Shown here in pieces: positions 13,812 through 23,045 of a stretch of DNA of 47,949 nt; positions within the stretch are counted from its first letter, which is position 1; the number at the start of each line of letters is the position of its first letter. The DNA comes from a virus. Taxonomy: Duplodnaviria; Caudoviricetes. The position numbers were made by a program, and so were the translations under genes. The stretch spans positions 1-47,949 of IMG/VR virus record IMGVR_UViG_3300043432_000149, one strand, 5' to 3'. The notes under the pieces are model-generated. The model was not told the DNA's origin and ran no database searches. It was given only the letters and a program-made list of their open reading frames with translations.

Positions 13812-16081
13812 CGGAACAGGATGTTCTCGGACCCCTGCAAGCCGTGAAGGGTGCGGGGGATTGCAAGTGGACGGCGAAGTGCCCAGCGCACGAGGACGAC
13901 CGCAGGAGCCTGTCCATCTGCCTGGACGGCGGGAAGTGGCTCTTTAAGTGCTTCGCCGGCTGCTCGTTCTCCGAGATCATCGGCCGCATCGGGATTTCCG
14001 CCGCCGAGTGTTTCCCCGAAGACGAGAGGCGGGGGCGGGAAAAGAAGCCAATCCACAAGGCTGCAGCCAAGAAGGCCCCGATCCAAGAGGTCAAGAAGGC
14101 GGCGAAGGCGCCCCAGAAGCTGGGGAAGTTCGTGTGCGCCTATGACTACACGGACGAGGCCGGCGCGCTGCTGTACCAGAACTGCCGGTTCGAGGATCCG
14201 AAGGACTTCCGCCAGCGGCGCCCCGATGGCCAAGGTGGGTGGATCACCCCTTGGGGCCTCGGTGATGTGCGGCGCGTGATCTATCGCCTGCCAGAGGTCC
14301 GGCTCGCCATGAGCCTCGGCGCTCCGATCTGGATCACGGAAGGCGAAAAGGACGCTGATCGGCTGCAGAGCCTCGGGCTGACCGCCACCACGAGCGGGGG
14401 AGCCACGACCTGGCGCCCGGAGTTTGCCGACCTGCTGCAGGGGGCTGACGTGGTCATCGTGCCGGACCAGGACGTATCGGGCCGGATGTACCGGGACGCC
14501 GTCGGCAGCAGCCTGCAGGGCAGGGCAAAGCGAGTGCGGGTCGTGGAATTGCCGGTCGAGTTCCGGCAGAAGCACGGCCTGGACGTGTCTGATTGGCTCG
14601 ACGGAGGAAAGCGACTCGCGGATCTCCTCGAGCTCGAAAAGCAGGCGGCCGAGTGGTCTCCTGAAAAAAAAACGACTGGCGCCGACGCCATCCTGGCCCG
14701 CGGCGGAAAGCTCATGGAGGCGCCCTTGACCGATTACGGCAACGCTGAGCGACTCGCAGAGCTGGCCATGGATGACGACGGCGAGCCCCTCGTGCGGTGG
14801 TGCGAGGCGCGCGGGCAGTGGCTCGCGTGGGACGGAAAAGCCTGGCGATGGGACGAGACCGGGTCGGTCGAATCCCTGGCAAAGCGCACAGTGCGGCGCT
14901 TGCGAGAGGTCGCCGAGGCGATGAACCGCGATGGTATCGCGGACTTCGCTCTAAAAAGCGAAGCTCTCCCGCGGTTGCGGGCGATGATCGAGCTCATGCG
15001 GACAGAGCCGGGGGTTCCCGTCTCGATGGACCAGCTCGACGCCGACGACTGGACGCTGAATTGCCGCAACGGCGTGGTGGACCTGAGGAGCGGGAAGCTG
15101 TTCCCTCACTCCAAAGATCGGCTTCTGACCAAGATGGCGGAGGCCTCGCTCGTTCCTGGTGCATCTCGGACTCGGTGGATCGAGTTCTTGGGCTACATTA
15201 TGGGCGGCGACCAAAGCCGGGTGGACCTGCTGCAGCGCGGGATCGGCGCCAGTGCAAGCGGCGCGCCGTGGCAATACCTGATCTTCCTGTACGGGAGCGG
15301 GGCCAACGGCAAGAGCGTGTTCCTGGAGGTGGTCTCCAGGATTCTGGCGAGCTACGCCGGAGAAGCTGCGCAGGGGCTCCTGCTGCAGAAGAAGAACGAG
15401 GCTCACCCCACCGAGGTTGCTGACCTCATGGGGAAGAGGTTCGTGACCTCGGAAGAGATGGACCAGTCGAGCGTTCTCGACGAAGGGCGCGTCAAGCGGC
15501 TGACCAGTGGCCGGCCGATCAAGGCGCGCTTCATGCGGGAAGACCTCTTCGAGTTTCGGCCGACCCACAAGCTGTGGTTCGCCGTCAACCACAAACCGCG
15601 CGTTCGCGGCCAGGATGAGGGCATCTGGCGTCGCATCAAGCTGGTTCCCTTCGAGGTGCAGATCCCGCCGGAGAAGCGCCGCGACTTCGAGGAAGTGGTC
15701 CAGGGGTTCCTGCAGGAGCGGGACGGGATCTTTGCCTGGATCGTGGAGGGCTGCCTCAGGTGGCAGAAGGAAGGGCTGGGGGCCTCTGAAGCGGTAGATG
15801 CCGCGCACGAGCAGTACCGGACCAGCATGGACGATTTCGGTCAGTTCCTGGAGGACTGCGTTGCGATCGCTCCGGACGCTACGGCGGACTTCTGCAGGGT
15901 GCGCAGCTCGGACCTCTATGGAGCCTATGCGAAGTGGTGCGAGGAAGGCGGAGTCCGGAAGCCCATGTCGCAGACTGCCTTCTCGTTGCGCATGACGGAG
16001 CGCGGCTTCCAGAGCGAGAAGAAGGGGTGCGTGTGGTGGACAGGGATCACCCTGCAATCCAAGCGGGAGGATGCGCCATGA
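13805..16081 (+). CDS. primase-helicase: zinc-binding domain, TOPRIM, and P4/D5-family SF3 helicase
   Basis: CPAHED...KCFAGC; ITEGEKDAD; PDQD; TDYGNAER; Walker A GSGANGKS; GIWRR; likely GTG start at 13805. Confidence 0.93.
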   Translation: MLTEQDVLGPLQAVKGAGDCKWTAKCPAHEDDRRSLSICLDGGKWLFKCFAGCSFSEIIGRIGISAAECFPEDERRGREKKPIHKAAAKKAPIQEVKKAAKAPQKLGKFVCAYDYTDEAGALLYQNCRFEDPKDFRQRRPDGQGGWITPWGLGDVRRVIYRLPEVRLAMSLGAPIWITEGEKDADRLQSLGLTATTSGGATTWRPEFADLLQGADVVIVPDQDVSGRMYRDAVGSSLQGRAKRVRVVELPVEFRQKHGLDVSDWLDGGKRLADLLELEKQAAEWSPEKKTTGADAILARGGKLMEAPLTDYGNAERLAELAMDDDGEPLVRWCEARGQWLAWDGKAWRWDETGSVESLAKRTVRRLREVAEAMNRDGIADFALKSEALPRLRAMIELMRTEPGVPVSMDQLDADDWTLNCRNGVVDLRSGKLFPHSKDRLLTKMAEASLVPGASRTRWIEFLGYIMGGDQSRVDLLQRGIGASASGAPWQYLIFLYGSGANGKSVFLEVVSRILASYAGEAAQGLLLQKKNEAHPTEVADLMGKRFVTSEEMDQSSVLDEGRVKRLTSGRPIKARFMREDLFEFRPTHKLWFAVNHKPRVRGQDEGIWRRIKLVPFEVQIPPEKRRDFEEVVQGFLQERDGIFAWIVEGCLRWQKEGLGASEAVDAAHEQYRTSMDDFGQFLEDCVAIAPDATADFCRVRSSDLYGAYAKWCEEGGVRKPMSQTAFSLRMTERGFQSEKKGCVWWTGITLQSKREDAP

Positions 16082-16089
16082 TCTGCGCA

Positions 16090-16360
16090 AACCTTCCAAC
16101 CCTCCAAAACCCTCCACGGAAAAACCTCAATGTTTGCAACAGCATTGGAGGGTTGGAAGGTTTGGAGGGTTGTCTGCATCACCGCATATGCGCGCGTGAT
16201 GTCGTTGTGTGTGGGACGGTCAAAATGTTTTGCCGTTCACCCAGACAACCCTCCAACCCTCCAAGGGGGTCAATTTTCGTTGAAAAACAGCAACAGAATC
16301 ATGGGGTTATAAATCTGGAGGGTTTAGCTCAAACCCTCCAAAACCCTCCAAAACCCTCCA
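16090..16360. repeat. iteron cluster, probable replication origin: 12 copies of AACC(C/T)TCCA (8 forward, 4 inverted)
   Basis: Forward at 16090, 16098, 16108, 16247, 16255, 16332, 16342, 16352; reverse at 16146, 16154, 16163, 16316; AT-richer than flanks; directly after the primase gene. Confidence 0.8.
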
Positions 16361-16391
16361 CTTTCGGCCGGCCATCGGCCCGGAGGCCAGA

Positions 16392-16694
16392 ATGATCGTT
16401 CTGGCTCACATCGAGGAAGTGGAACTGGCCTCGACTGAGGGCCGGACGGTTTTGGGCGTGGAGGCCACCTGCCCGAGGTGCTCCAGGTCGGCGCGGAGCT
16501 TCGGATATTCGGACCGCAGCATCCGCCGCTGCCTGAGGCTCTTGCGAGAGGAGTGTCCCCGCGGCGAGCGCAACTTCTACACGGACGACGAATCGGAGCT
16601 GGATCGCGCCAACGACCCACGCTCCCTGAACAAGCGGATCCTGGCCGGCCTCGACCGGGAATACGGACCGCTCACAACAGAAGAGAGGTGCTGA
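16392..16694 (+). CDS. hypothetical protein with CxxC
   Basis: GGAGG RBS; CPRC...LREECPRGERNFY. Confidence 0.7.
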   Translation: MIVLAHIEEVELASTEGRTVLGVEATCPRCSRSARSFGYSDRSIRRCLRLLREECPRGERNFYTDDESELDRANDPRSLNKRILAGLDREYGPLTTEERC

Positions 16695-17666
16695 ATGGCA
16701 GTTTATTTCATCAAGGCGGTTCCGAGCGGAAATATCAAAATTGGATACTCGCTCAATCCACAAAGCCGGATGGCCCAACTCCAAACCGGATCCTTCGAGA
16801 GGCTCGAACTGCTGGGATGGATCCATGGGGACATGGCCCTCGAGCAGGAGATCCACGCGAAGCTTGCCCAATTCCGCATGAACGGGACCGAGTGGTTCTT
16901 GAACTGCGCAGAGGTCAACGCGGAAATTGCGGCACGAATGACAAAGACGCGCCCGCCGCGCATTTACTTTGCTGGGAAGGTCCGGCCTGGATCAAGCGAT
17001 TACCGAACAAGGTTATTCAGTCGCCTGGGATCCGGCCAGGACTCGGGTCCAATGGTCGGCAGCTCCAAAAGATATAAACTGCGGATGCTTAACGGATGTG
17101 ACTTCGAGATCGATTACGTTGGGCCATTCGCTATTCGCAATCTAGAGTTCGCCGGAGACATTATTTGTGACGAGCACGGACCTGGATTCACGCACCTCGA
17201 TCGATTTGATGAGATCCATGGACCTAACACTCATGGATGCGGCCTTGTTGCCGCTACCAATGAGCTTTCAGAGAAATTCAATTCGAGCACCAAGGGTGAC
17301 ATTGGCGGAATTGGGGACCAGACGAGGCGGCTGCTGGTAGAGACCACAGACGAGCACGGGTATCCCAGCCAGTTTGGCCGGGATGTTTTGGTTGCCCGCT
17401 GCCTGGAGCAAATACGCTTTGCCGATCGTATTCACGCCTTCATTGATTCGTTCGATTGCTACGGGACAATCTTCGAGCTTGGATACGCGGCCGCGCTTGG
17501 GAAGCCCACATGGATCCATGTCGATTCGCGACTAGCAGGCCGCATTGAAGCTCTTTGCGGAGAACTTTGGTTTGCAATGAATGCTCCCAAAGTGACCGTC
17601 GTATCGGACGACCCATACTCCTTCAGTATGGATGAGGCTGAACCTGTCGAGGCTTCAGCTCAATGA
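16695..17666 (+). CDS. GIY-YIG/T5orf172 domain fused to a nucleoside 2-deoxyribosyltransferase-like domain
   Basis: VYFI...IKIGYS.NP..R...LQTG...EWF at the N-terminus; IYFAG...IRFAD...GTIFELGYAAALGKP at the C-terminus. Confidence 0.75.
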   Translation: MAVYFIKAVPSGNIKIGYSLNPQSRMAQLQTGSFERLELLGWIHGDMALEQEIHAKLAQFRMNGTEWFLNCAEVNAEIAARMTKTRPPRIYFAGKVRPGSSDYRTRLFSRLGSGQDSGPMVGSSKRYKLRMLNGCDFEIDYVGPFAIRNLEFAGDIICDEHGPGFTHLDRFDEIHGPNTHGCGLVAATNELSEKFNSSTKGDIGGIGDQTRRLLVETTDEHGYPSQFGRDVLVARCLEQIRFADRIHAFIDSFDCYGTIFELGYAAALGKPTWIHVDSRLAGRIEALCGELWFAMNAPKVTVVSDDPYSFSMDEAEPVEASAQ

Positions 17667-18154
17667 CCTTCCAGGCGGACAAGGCGCGGGGCGCCCTGGT
17701 TGAGGCGGTACTGATCGAGTATCACACCGGCCGCGGCTGGAAGGCGGAGCGCATCGACGTGGCGGAGCAGCTGCAGGGCGCCGGGGATCTGCGCCTCACC
17801 TGCCCCGTCACGCTCCGGGCGTCGGATCTGGAGGTCAAAGCCTCGTTCGGCCGCAACCCTCACTGCCTCATCGAGCTGGCCAGCTACGGCGGCCACGCCC
17901 TGACCCGGCACTCTGGGCTGATGTCCACCACGGCCGAGCAAATCGTGTTCGTGCGCTGGGTCATCCGAGAGGGCTACCTCTTCGACGTGGCCGAACTGCG
18001 ATCGCACCTCGGCGAGTGGACGAAGGCCTGGAATCCCCGCAACTTGCGCGACCAGGGCGCCCGCACATCCCGCCAGGTGCTGCCCGTGCCCTGGACGGAG
18101 CTGGCCCGCGCAGGCCGGACCATCACACTGCGCCAGATCGAGGCCGCCCCATGA
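17663..18154 (+). CDS. putative PD-(D/E)XK nuclease-like protein
   Basis: E...GD...LEVK pattern. Confidence 0.5.
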   Translation: MTFQADKARGALVEAVLIEYHTGRGWKAERIDVAEQLQGAGDLRLTCPVTLRASDLEVKASFGRNPHCLIELASYGGHALTRHSGLMSTTAEQIVFVRWVIREGYLFDVAELRSHLGEWTKAWNPRNLRDQGARTSRQVLPVPWTELARAGRTITLRQIEAAP

Positions 18155-18333
18155 CCACCACCAAGCCCATGCTGTACCGCTGCCGCCTCTGCCGCCGGGA
18201 GGAGCAGCACCCCTACCGCTACGAGCCGCGCCACTGCCCCGTGGACGGAGCGCTGATGCTCATCGACATCGGCGAGACCTCCGCCATGAGGCAGGCTCGG
18301 GGCGTACGTGGCAGCCAAGACCCGCTTTCGTAA
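18151..18333 (+). CDS. 60-aa zinc-ribbon protein
   Basis: CRLC...CPVD; ATGA overlap. Confidence 0.55.
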   Translation: MTTTKPMLYRCRLCRREEQHPYRYEPRHCPVDGALMLIDIGETSAMRQARGVRGSQDPLS

Positions 18334-18351
18334 CAACAGGAGACCGAGACC

Positions 18352-18849
18352 ATGGCCACGGCCACCATCAGGCCGCCCGAATCAATCATCGAACTGCTCA
18401 ACGAGGTGCGGCGCGAATACCATCCCGAACTGCTCGACGCCAGCTTCATCGTCCTGACTCGCTCGCCAGCCGCCCAGAAGGGCGGAAAGACGGTCCTGGG
18501 CTCGGTGAAGAAGGCCAGCGCGGAGGCTCAGGGCCTGGCCGGCGAGGGCGCGGACTACATACTCACCTTGAGCCTCAACGACTGGAACGCCCTCAGGGAT
18601 CGCCAGCGCCGCGCACTGCTGGATCACGAACTGTGCCACTGCGTTGGCGAAGAGGACGAAGAGACTGGCGAGATGAAGTGGAAGCTCCGCGGCCACGACA
18701 TCGAGGAGTTCACCGACGTGATCAGGCGTTGGGGCGCTTGGCCGGAGGACATCATCCAGGCTGTTGAGACGCTGCAGCAACTCGACCTGTTCGCGGTGGA
18801 TGAGCCAGCCAAGGACAAGAAGAAGGAAGCCGTGGGGGCTGGGCGATGA
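18352..18849 (+). CDS. putative phage metallopeptidase
   Basis: ALLDHELCH (HExxH) and LRGHDIEEF motifs. Confidence 0.85.
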   Translation: MATATIRPPESIIELLNEVRREYHPELLDASFIVLTRSPAAQKGGKTVLGSVKKASAEAQGLAGEGADYILTLSLNDWNALRDRQRRALLDHELCHCVGEEDEETGEMKWKLRGHDIEEFTDVIRRWGAWPEDIIQAVETLQQLDLFAVDEPAKDKKKEAVGAGR

Positions 18850-19016
18850 CCCAGCGCATCGAGCAAATCCGATGCGCGTGCCGGTCGCTGATGGAGCAAC
18901 TCGAGCATGAGGAGCACCGGGCGCCCGATTCCCCGATCGTGCTCGAGGCTCTGCACCAGCTCCAGGGGATCTCGGCTCAGGTAAGGGAGGGGGCAATGGA
19001 GGAATCGCATGGATAG
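18846..19016 (+). CDS. 56-aa hypothetical protein
   Basis: Translated by hand (MTQRIEQIRCAC...); overlaps both neighbours. Confidence 0.5.
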   Translation: MTQRIEQIRCACRSLMEQLEHEEHRAPDSPIVLEALHQLQGISAQVREGAMEESHG

Positions 19017-19602
19017 CGGATTCATCACGCGAGACAGCGGCGTCCGCGAGGAGTTCAAGACCGGCTCAAGGCGCGACACACGCGAAGGGAAAGGGCGGTT
19101 CGATTTGATCCCGCCAGGACCTCTCCGCCGCCTGGCGCAACTGTATGAGCGCGGCGCCCAGAAATACGGCGACCACAACTGGCAAAAAGGCCAACCGCTC
19201 TCGCGCTACCTGGACAGCGCCTATCGGCACCTGGTTGCCGTGGCCGAGGGCCAGGAGGACGAAGACCATCTGGCGGCCGTGGCATGGAATGCGTTCTCGC
19301 TGATGTGGACGCAGGCCAAGATCCGCGAAGGCAAACTGCCCCCAGACCTGTACGACCTGCCCGGCGCCGAGGATTCATCTGTCGCAACTAAGAAGCGGAT
19401 CCGCGTCGATCTGCATGCCCCATCTACCGCCAACCCCTACGAGCGGATCGCCGACGAGATGGAGCCAATCAGCGACGATCAACTGCGCGCCCGCTTCGAC
19501 GCCGCCCGAAAAGCCGCCAGGCAATGGCCGCCGCAGGGCGCCTACTTCGACGAACCGCAGGATGGGCGCGTGAAGGGCGCGGAAGGGAGCCTGCACGAAT
19601 GA
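19009..19602 (+). CDS. dATP/dGTP diphosphohydrolase-domain (DUF5664-like) protein
   Basis: GKGRFDLIP, GAQKYGDHNWQKG, SAYRHL, EDHLAAVAWNA. Confidence 0.85.
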   Translation: MDSGFITRDSGVREEFKTGSRRDTREGKGRFDLIPPGPLRRLAQLYERGAQKYGDHNWQKGQPLSRYLDSAYRHLVAVAEGQEDEDHLAAVAWNAFSLMWTQAKIREGKLPPDLYDLPGAEDSSVATKKRIRVDLHAPSTANPYERIADEMEPISDDQLRARFDAARKAARQWPPQGAYFDEPQDGRVKGAEGSLHE

Positions 19603-20252
19603 GCGGATCTTTCGAAATCATCGCCGGCCCGATGCGCGCCGACTCTGCCGTCATCGCGCCCTGGACCCGCACCTGGGGCAAAACCGGCGCCGCCATCGCG
19701 CTATGCTGGGAGGCCGAAAAGCAGCACGGCCCCGGCGCAGCCATCGCCATCCAGCCGGGCAAGAACACGCGTGACGGCGGGGAGTTCGTGGCACGATCAG
19801 GCGAACGCTACCCGGCTACGGTGCTCAAGGACGCCTACCAGATCACGGGCGCACTGGTTCGATCCGCGGCCCGCCTGGTCGTCATCGAGGAGGCCCACCT
19901 CTGGGATCACCCCCAGATCCTGATCGGCGCCTGCGCTGCCCTCCGAGCTCGCGGGATGCGCGTGATCCTGCTCGGCGTGCCCGAGGACCACATGGGCGCC
20001 GCCTTCGAGTGGTGGCAGCTCGCGCAGGGCGTCGCCGATCGTGTGCATCGCCTCACCGGCCGCTGCCAGTGCGGCAGGCGATCGACGCGGACGTTCCGGC
20101 ACGGGCTGAGCAACGCGCGAGTGCTGGTGGACGACCTGGGCCACTACGAGGGCGTTTGCTGGGTCTGCTGGCTGTTCTGCCGGCTGGCCAGAGCACTCCG
20201 GTCGCTGTGCCGAGTCGAGGGGCAGTACGAGGAGAGGGTGGTAATTCGGTGA
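19599..20252 (+). CDS. divergent thymidine kinase-like protein
   Basis: IIAGPM...GKT, VVIEEAH, CQCG...TRTFR, YEGVCWVC; P-loop interrupted by an insertion. Confidence 0.65.
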   Translation: MSGSFEIIAGPMRADSAVIAPWTRTWGKTGAAIALCWEAEKQHGPGAAIAIQPGKNTRDGGEFVARSGERYPATVLKDAYQITGALVRSAARLVVIEEAHLWDHPQILIGACAALRARGMRVILLGVPEDHMGAAFEWWQLAQGVADRVHRLTGRCQCGRRSTRTFRHGLSNARVLVDDLGHYEGVCWVCWLFCRLARALRSLCRVEGQYEERVVIR

Positions 20253-20599
20253 GGCAGTACGAGCAGGTCAACAAGCAGTTCCGGAGCACGCTGTCGGCCG
20301 TCGGTCATGAGGAGCTGGCTCTGCAGCTGCGGATCATGCGCTCGCAGCTCGGGGCCGCCTCCGAGGATCTGGCCGCCCGGTATGGCCCAGGCCACCGCTC
20401 CGCCAAGGCCACCCAGAAGGCGATCGCCAGCGTGGATCGCCTCACCGCCATCCTACGCGAGCAATGGGGCGATGAGTCCCACCGATTCGGGGCACTCTAC
20501 AGCCGCCCGTATGGCCAGAACTCCAGGCGACTTCACGGGGCAACAAACCGCAATGCCGATGAATACGGTGGATTGAAGAAATATGATAAAAGTTCTTGA
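20249..20599 (+). CDS. hypothetical protein, 116 aa
   Basis: GTGA overlap; helical composition. Confidence 0.55.
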   Translation: MRQYEQVNKQFRSTLSAVGHEELALQLRIMRSQLGAASEDLAARYGPGHRSAKATQKAIASVDRLTAILREQWGDESHRFGALYSRPYGQNSRRLHGATNRNADEYGGLKKYDKSS

Positions 20600-21269
20600 C
20601 TCAGTGCAGTTTTCGGTGGTAATTTATCCCCATCATCCAGAGGTGTCGGAAAAGGATGATGCGCGGCTACCCCAAGCGGGTAGCCGCTCGCGTTTCCAGC
20701 TGCAGCACGCGACATTGACCGCCGACAAGCTTAGGGGCGCCACCCACGCATGGTGGACCGGGTCGGCAGACCGAGAGCAGGTCCGGCTGTGGCGCGAATT
20801 GCGCGGCGACATGTTGGCGGAATGGATGCGCCACAAGGGCGAAGATGAGTCCGAGATCGTGGACTCCTGGCTCGGTGGCGGCGACTTCGAAGCCGTTGCG
20901 GAGTCTCTCGACGTCAAGCGCCGCACGGCGTTCACCTGGGTCGGGCAGTTCCTGCGGGCCAGCAGCTACATCTACTGGAAACAAGATGCGCAGGTTCACT
21001 GCGACGAGTCCCATCGCTCCGCAGGCGGAGACGGTCGCACCCCTCCAATTGGCCGCCGCGAACACTCCGCCGGATCGTGTCCCACCTGCTCGATTTTGCG
21101 GCTGGCGACGTGGGACGGCTGGATTGTGCTGGGAGTTGGTAAAGCAAAGGTTGATGGGGCGAGCGATGGAGCGAATCCAACAAAATCCGACACCCTGGGA
21201 ACCGACAGCCAAACAGCGGATGCTCCTGGAAGCCGCGAAGACTCCAGGGCTCGGCAGGTCGATCGCTAA
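20583..21269 (+). CDS. possible late-gene regulator with an HTH-like segment
   Basis: FEAVAESLDVKRRTAFTW; lies just before the terminase genes; 3' end overlaps terS, so boundaries are uncertain. Confidence 0.4.
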   Translation: MIKVLDSVQFSVVIYPHHPEVSEKDDARLPQAGSRSRFQLQHATLTADKLRGATHAWWTGSADREQVRLWRELRGDMLAEWMRHKGEDESEIVDSWLGGGDFEAVAESLDVKRRTAFTWVGQFLRASSYIYWKQDAQVHCDESHRSAGGDGRTPPIGRREHSAGSCPTCSILRLATWDGWIVLGVGKAKVDGASDGANPTKSDTLGTDSQTADAPGSREDSRARQVDR

Positions 21270-21612
21270 ACTATGCGAAGAGGCAGGAGTCGATCGGTCC
21301 TCGTACTATGAGTGGTCCCAGGATCCTAACTTCACTGCCGCCTGGGAGGCCAATTGGGCGCTTGCCATCCGTCGCGAGATGCCGGGCGTCATCGCGGCCC
21401 AAATGGACAAGGCCCTTGATGGGGACACGGCGAGCGCGCGGTTCCTGGCCGAGATGATCACGCCTCCGAAGGTGCGCCACGAGCACACCGGCAAAAACGG
21501 CGGACCCGTCGAGCACGCGCTGCTCACTCCCGAGCAATGGGCGGAGCGCGCCCAACAGAGGGCGGCCAAGGCGCAGTCGACGCTGGCGCAACTCGAGGAT
21601 GAAAATGAGTGA
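21166..21612 (+). CDS. terS: terminase small subunit (HTH type)
   Basis: SIAKLCEEAGVDRSSYYEW, GDTASARF, EHTGKNGGPV; directly upstream of terL. Confidence 0.8.
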   Translation: MERIQQNPTPWEPTAKQRMLLEAAKTPGLGRSIAKLCEEAGVDRSSYYEWSQDPNFTAAWEANWALAIRREMPGVIAAQMDKALDGDTASARFLAEMITPPKVRHEHTGKNGGPVEHALLTPEQWAERAQQRAAKAQSTLAQLEDENE

Positions 21613-23045
21613 ACTTTGCAACGCAACGCGCTCAATTCCTGGTCGAGCAACTCGACCTGGAGCGCGCCACTGGGGTCGAGGGGGCCGAGTGGGAAGCGTT
21701 CCAGCTCGCACACCTCAGCGACGACAGCCTATTTCGGATCGAGGTCAAGAGTCGGCAGATCGCATGGTCCTGGCTGTGCGCGGCTGAAGCGGTCGCTCAG
21801 GCTGTCCTCCCGAGCCGCCAGTCCAGCATCTTCGTCTCCATCAACCAGGATGAGGCGAAGGAGAAAATCAGGTACGCGCGCCAGATCCTCGAATCCATCG
21901 AGGGCATCGCGCTCCCCCGCTTGGTTCGGGATAACGAACTCGGCATCGAGCTCTCGAACGGCGCCCGACTCCTGAGCCTGCCAGCCACGCCGCCGCGCGG
22001 CAAAGCGAGGTTCAGGGTCTACCTGGACGAGTTCGCGCACGTGGCCCGAGATCGCGAGATCTACACGGCGGTCCTGCCGGTCATCTCCAAAGGCGGCTGC
22101 GTCCGGATCGGATCAAGCCCGCTCGGCGCGAGCGGGATGTTTTGGGAAATTTTCGGCCAGCAGATCCAGGCCTATCCGGGGTATGCGCGAAAGCAGACGC
22201 CTTGGTGGGAAGCCGCGGCATTCTGCGTAAATGTTCGGGCGGCACGCAAGCTGGCGCCCGCGATGGCAGCGGCCGTTCGGGTCGATGCCTTCGGCACGGA
22301 TCGCATCAAGGCGATCTACGCCAACCTGCCCGAGGAGGACTTTCGGCAGGAGTACGAGGCCGAGTTCGTCGACGAGTCCACAGCCTGGATCTCCTGGGAA
22401 GAGATCAAGCAGTCGCATGATCTGGGCCTGGCGTGCCCCGTCGAAACGGCTCGCGACGGGCAGATCCAGGCAGCTACGCGGGCCATCGACGAGCTTCGAA
22501 AGCTAATCGACGCCGGCAAAGCCGAGGCTACGCTGGCGGCCGGAGTGGATGTGGGGCGAACCCGCAACGCAACGGAGCTGCTCGCGGTGGGCTGCAGCAC
22601 GGCCGGTAGTTTTCCGCTGCGGCTCATGGTGACGCTCGACGCGCTGCCCTTCGAAGACCAGCTCACCGTCATCGAGCACGCCATGGAGCGGCTCCCGATC
22701 GTCCAGCTCTACATCGATCAGAACGGCATCGGCCGCAACCTCTCAGAATCTCTCGAAAAGCGATTCCCGTCGAAGGTCGCCGGGCAGAACTTCACCGCAC
22801 AAACCAAGGCCCTCTGGGCGACGGATGCCAAGATGCTCATCCAGCAGCACAAGACGCCGCTCCCTGTGAGTCGAGATCTGGACTATCAGATCCACAGCGT
22901 CAAGCGCATCGTCACGCCGTCCAAGAACCTGGTGTTCGACACGGCCCGCAATGAGCGGCACCACGCCGATAAATTCTGGGCCTGGGCTCTCGCCCTTGCT
23001 GCAGCCCGAGCTCCGCAGCGTCAATCCCCCGCAGAGGTGTGGTGA
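21609..23045 (+). CDS. terL: terminase large subunit (Mu gp28-like)
   Basis: KSRQIAWSW, VYLDEFAH, FRQEYEAEF, GVDVGR, IDQNGIG, HADKFWA. Confidence 0.92.
   Translation: MNFATQRAQFLVEQLDLERATGVEGAEWEAFQLAHLSDDSLFRIEVKSRQIAWSWLCAAEAVAQAVLPSRQSSIFVSINQDEAKEKIRYARQILESIEGIALPRLVRDNELGIELSNGARLLSLPATPPRGKARFRVYLDEFAHVARDREIYTAVLPVISKGGCVRIGSSPLGASGMFWEIFGQQIQAYPGYARKQTPWWEAAAFCVNVRAARKLAPAMAAAVRVDAFGTDRIKAIYANLPEEDFRQEYEAEFVDESTAWISWEEIKQSHDLGLACPVETARDGQIQAATRAIDELRKLIDAGKAEATLAAGVDVGRTRNATELLAVGCSTAGSFPLRLMVTLDALPFEDQLTVIEHAMERLPIVQLYIDQNGIGRNLSESLEKRFPSKVAGQNFTAQTKALWATDAKMLIQQHKTPLPVSRDLDYQIHSVKRIVTPSKNLVFDTARNERHHADKFWAWALALAAARAPQRQSPAEVW

Noticed and set aside
16090-16360. Repeat cluster as a CRISPR array
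   Set aside because: Units are 9 bp, irregularly spaced and in both orientations, which fits iterons.
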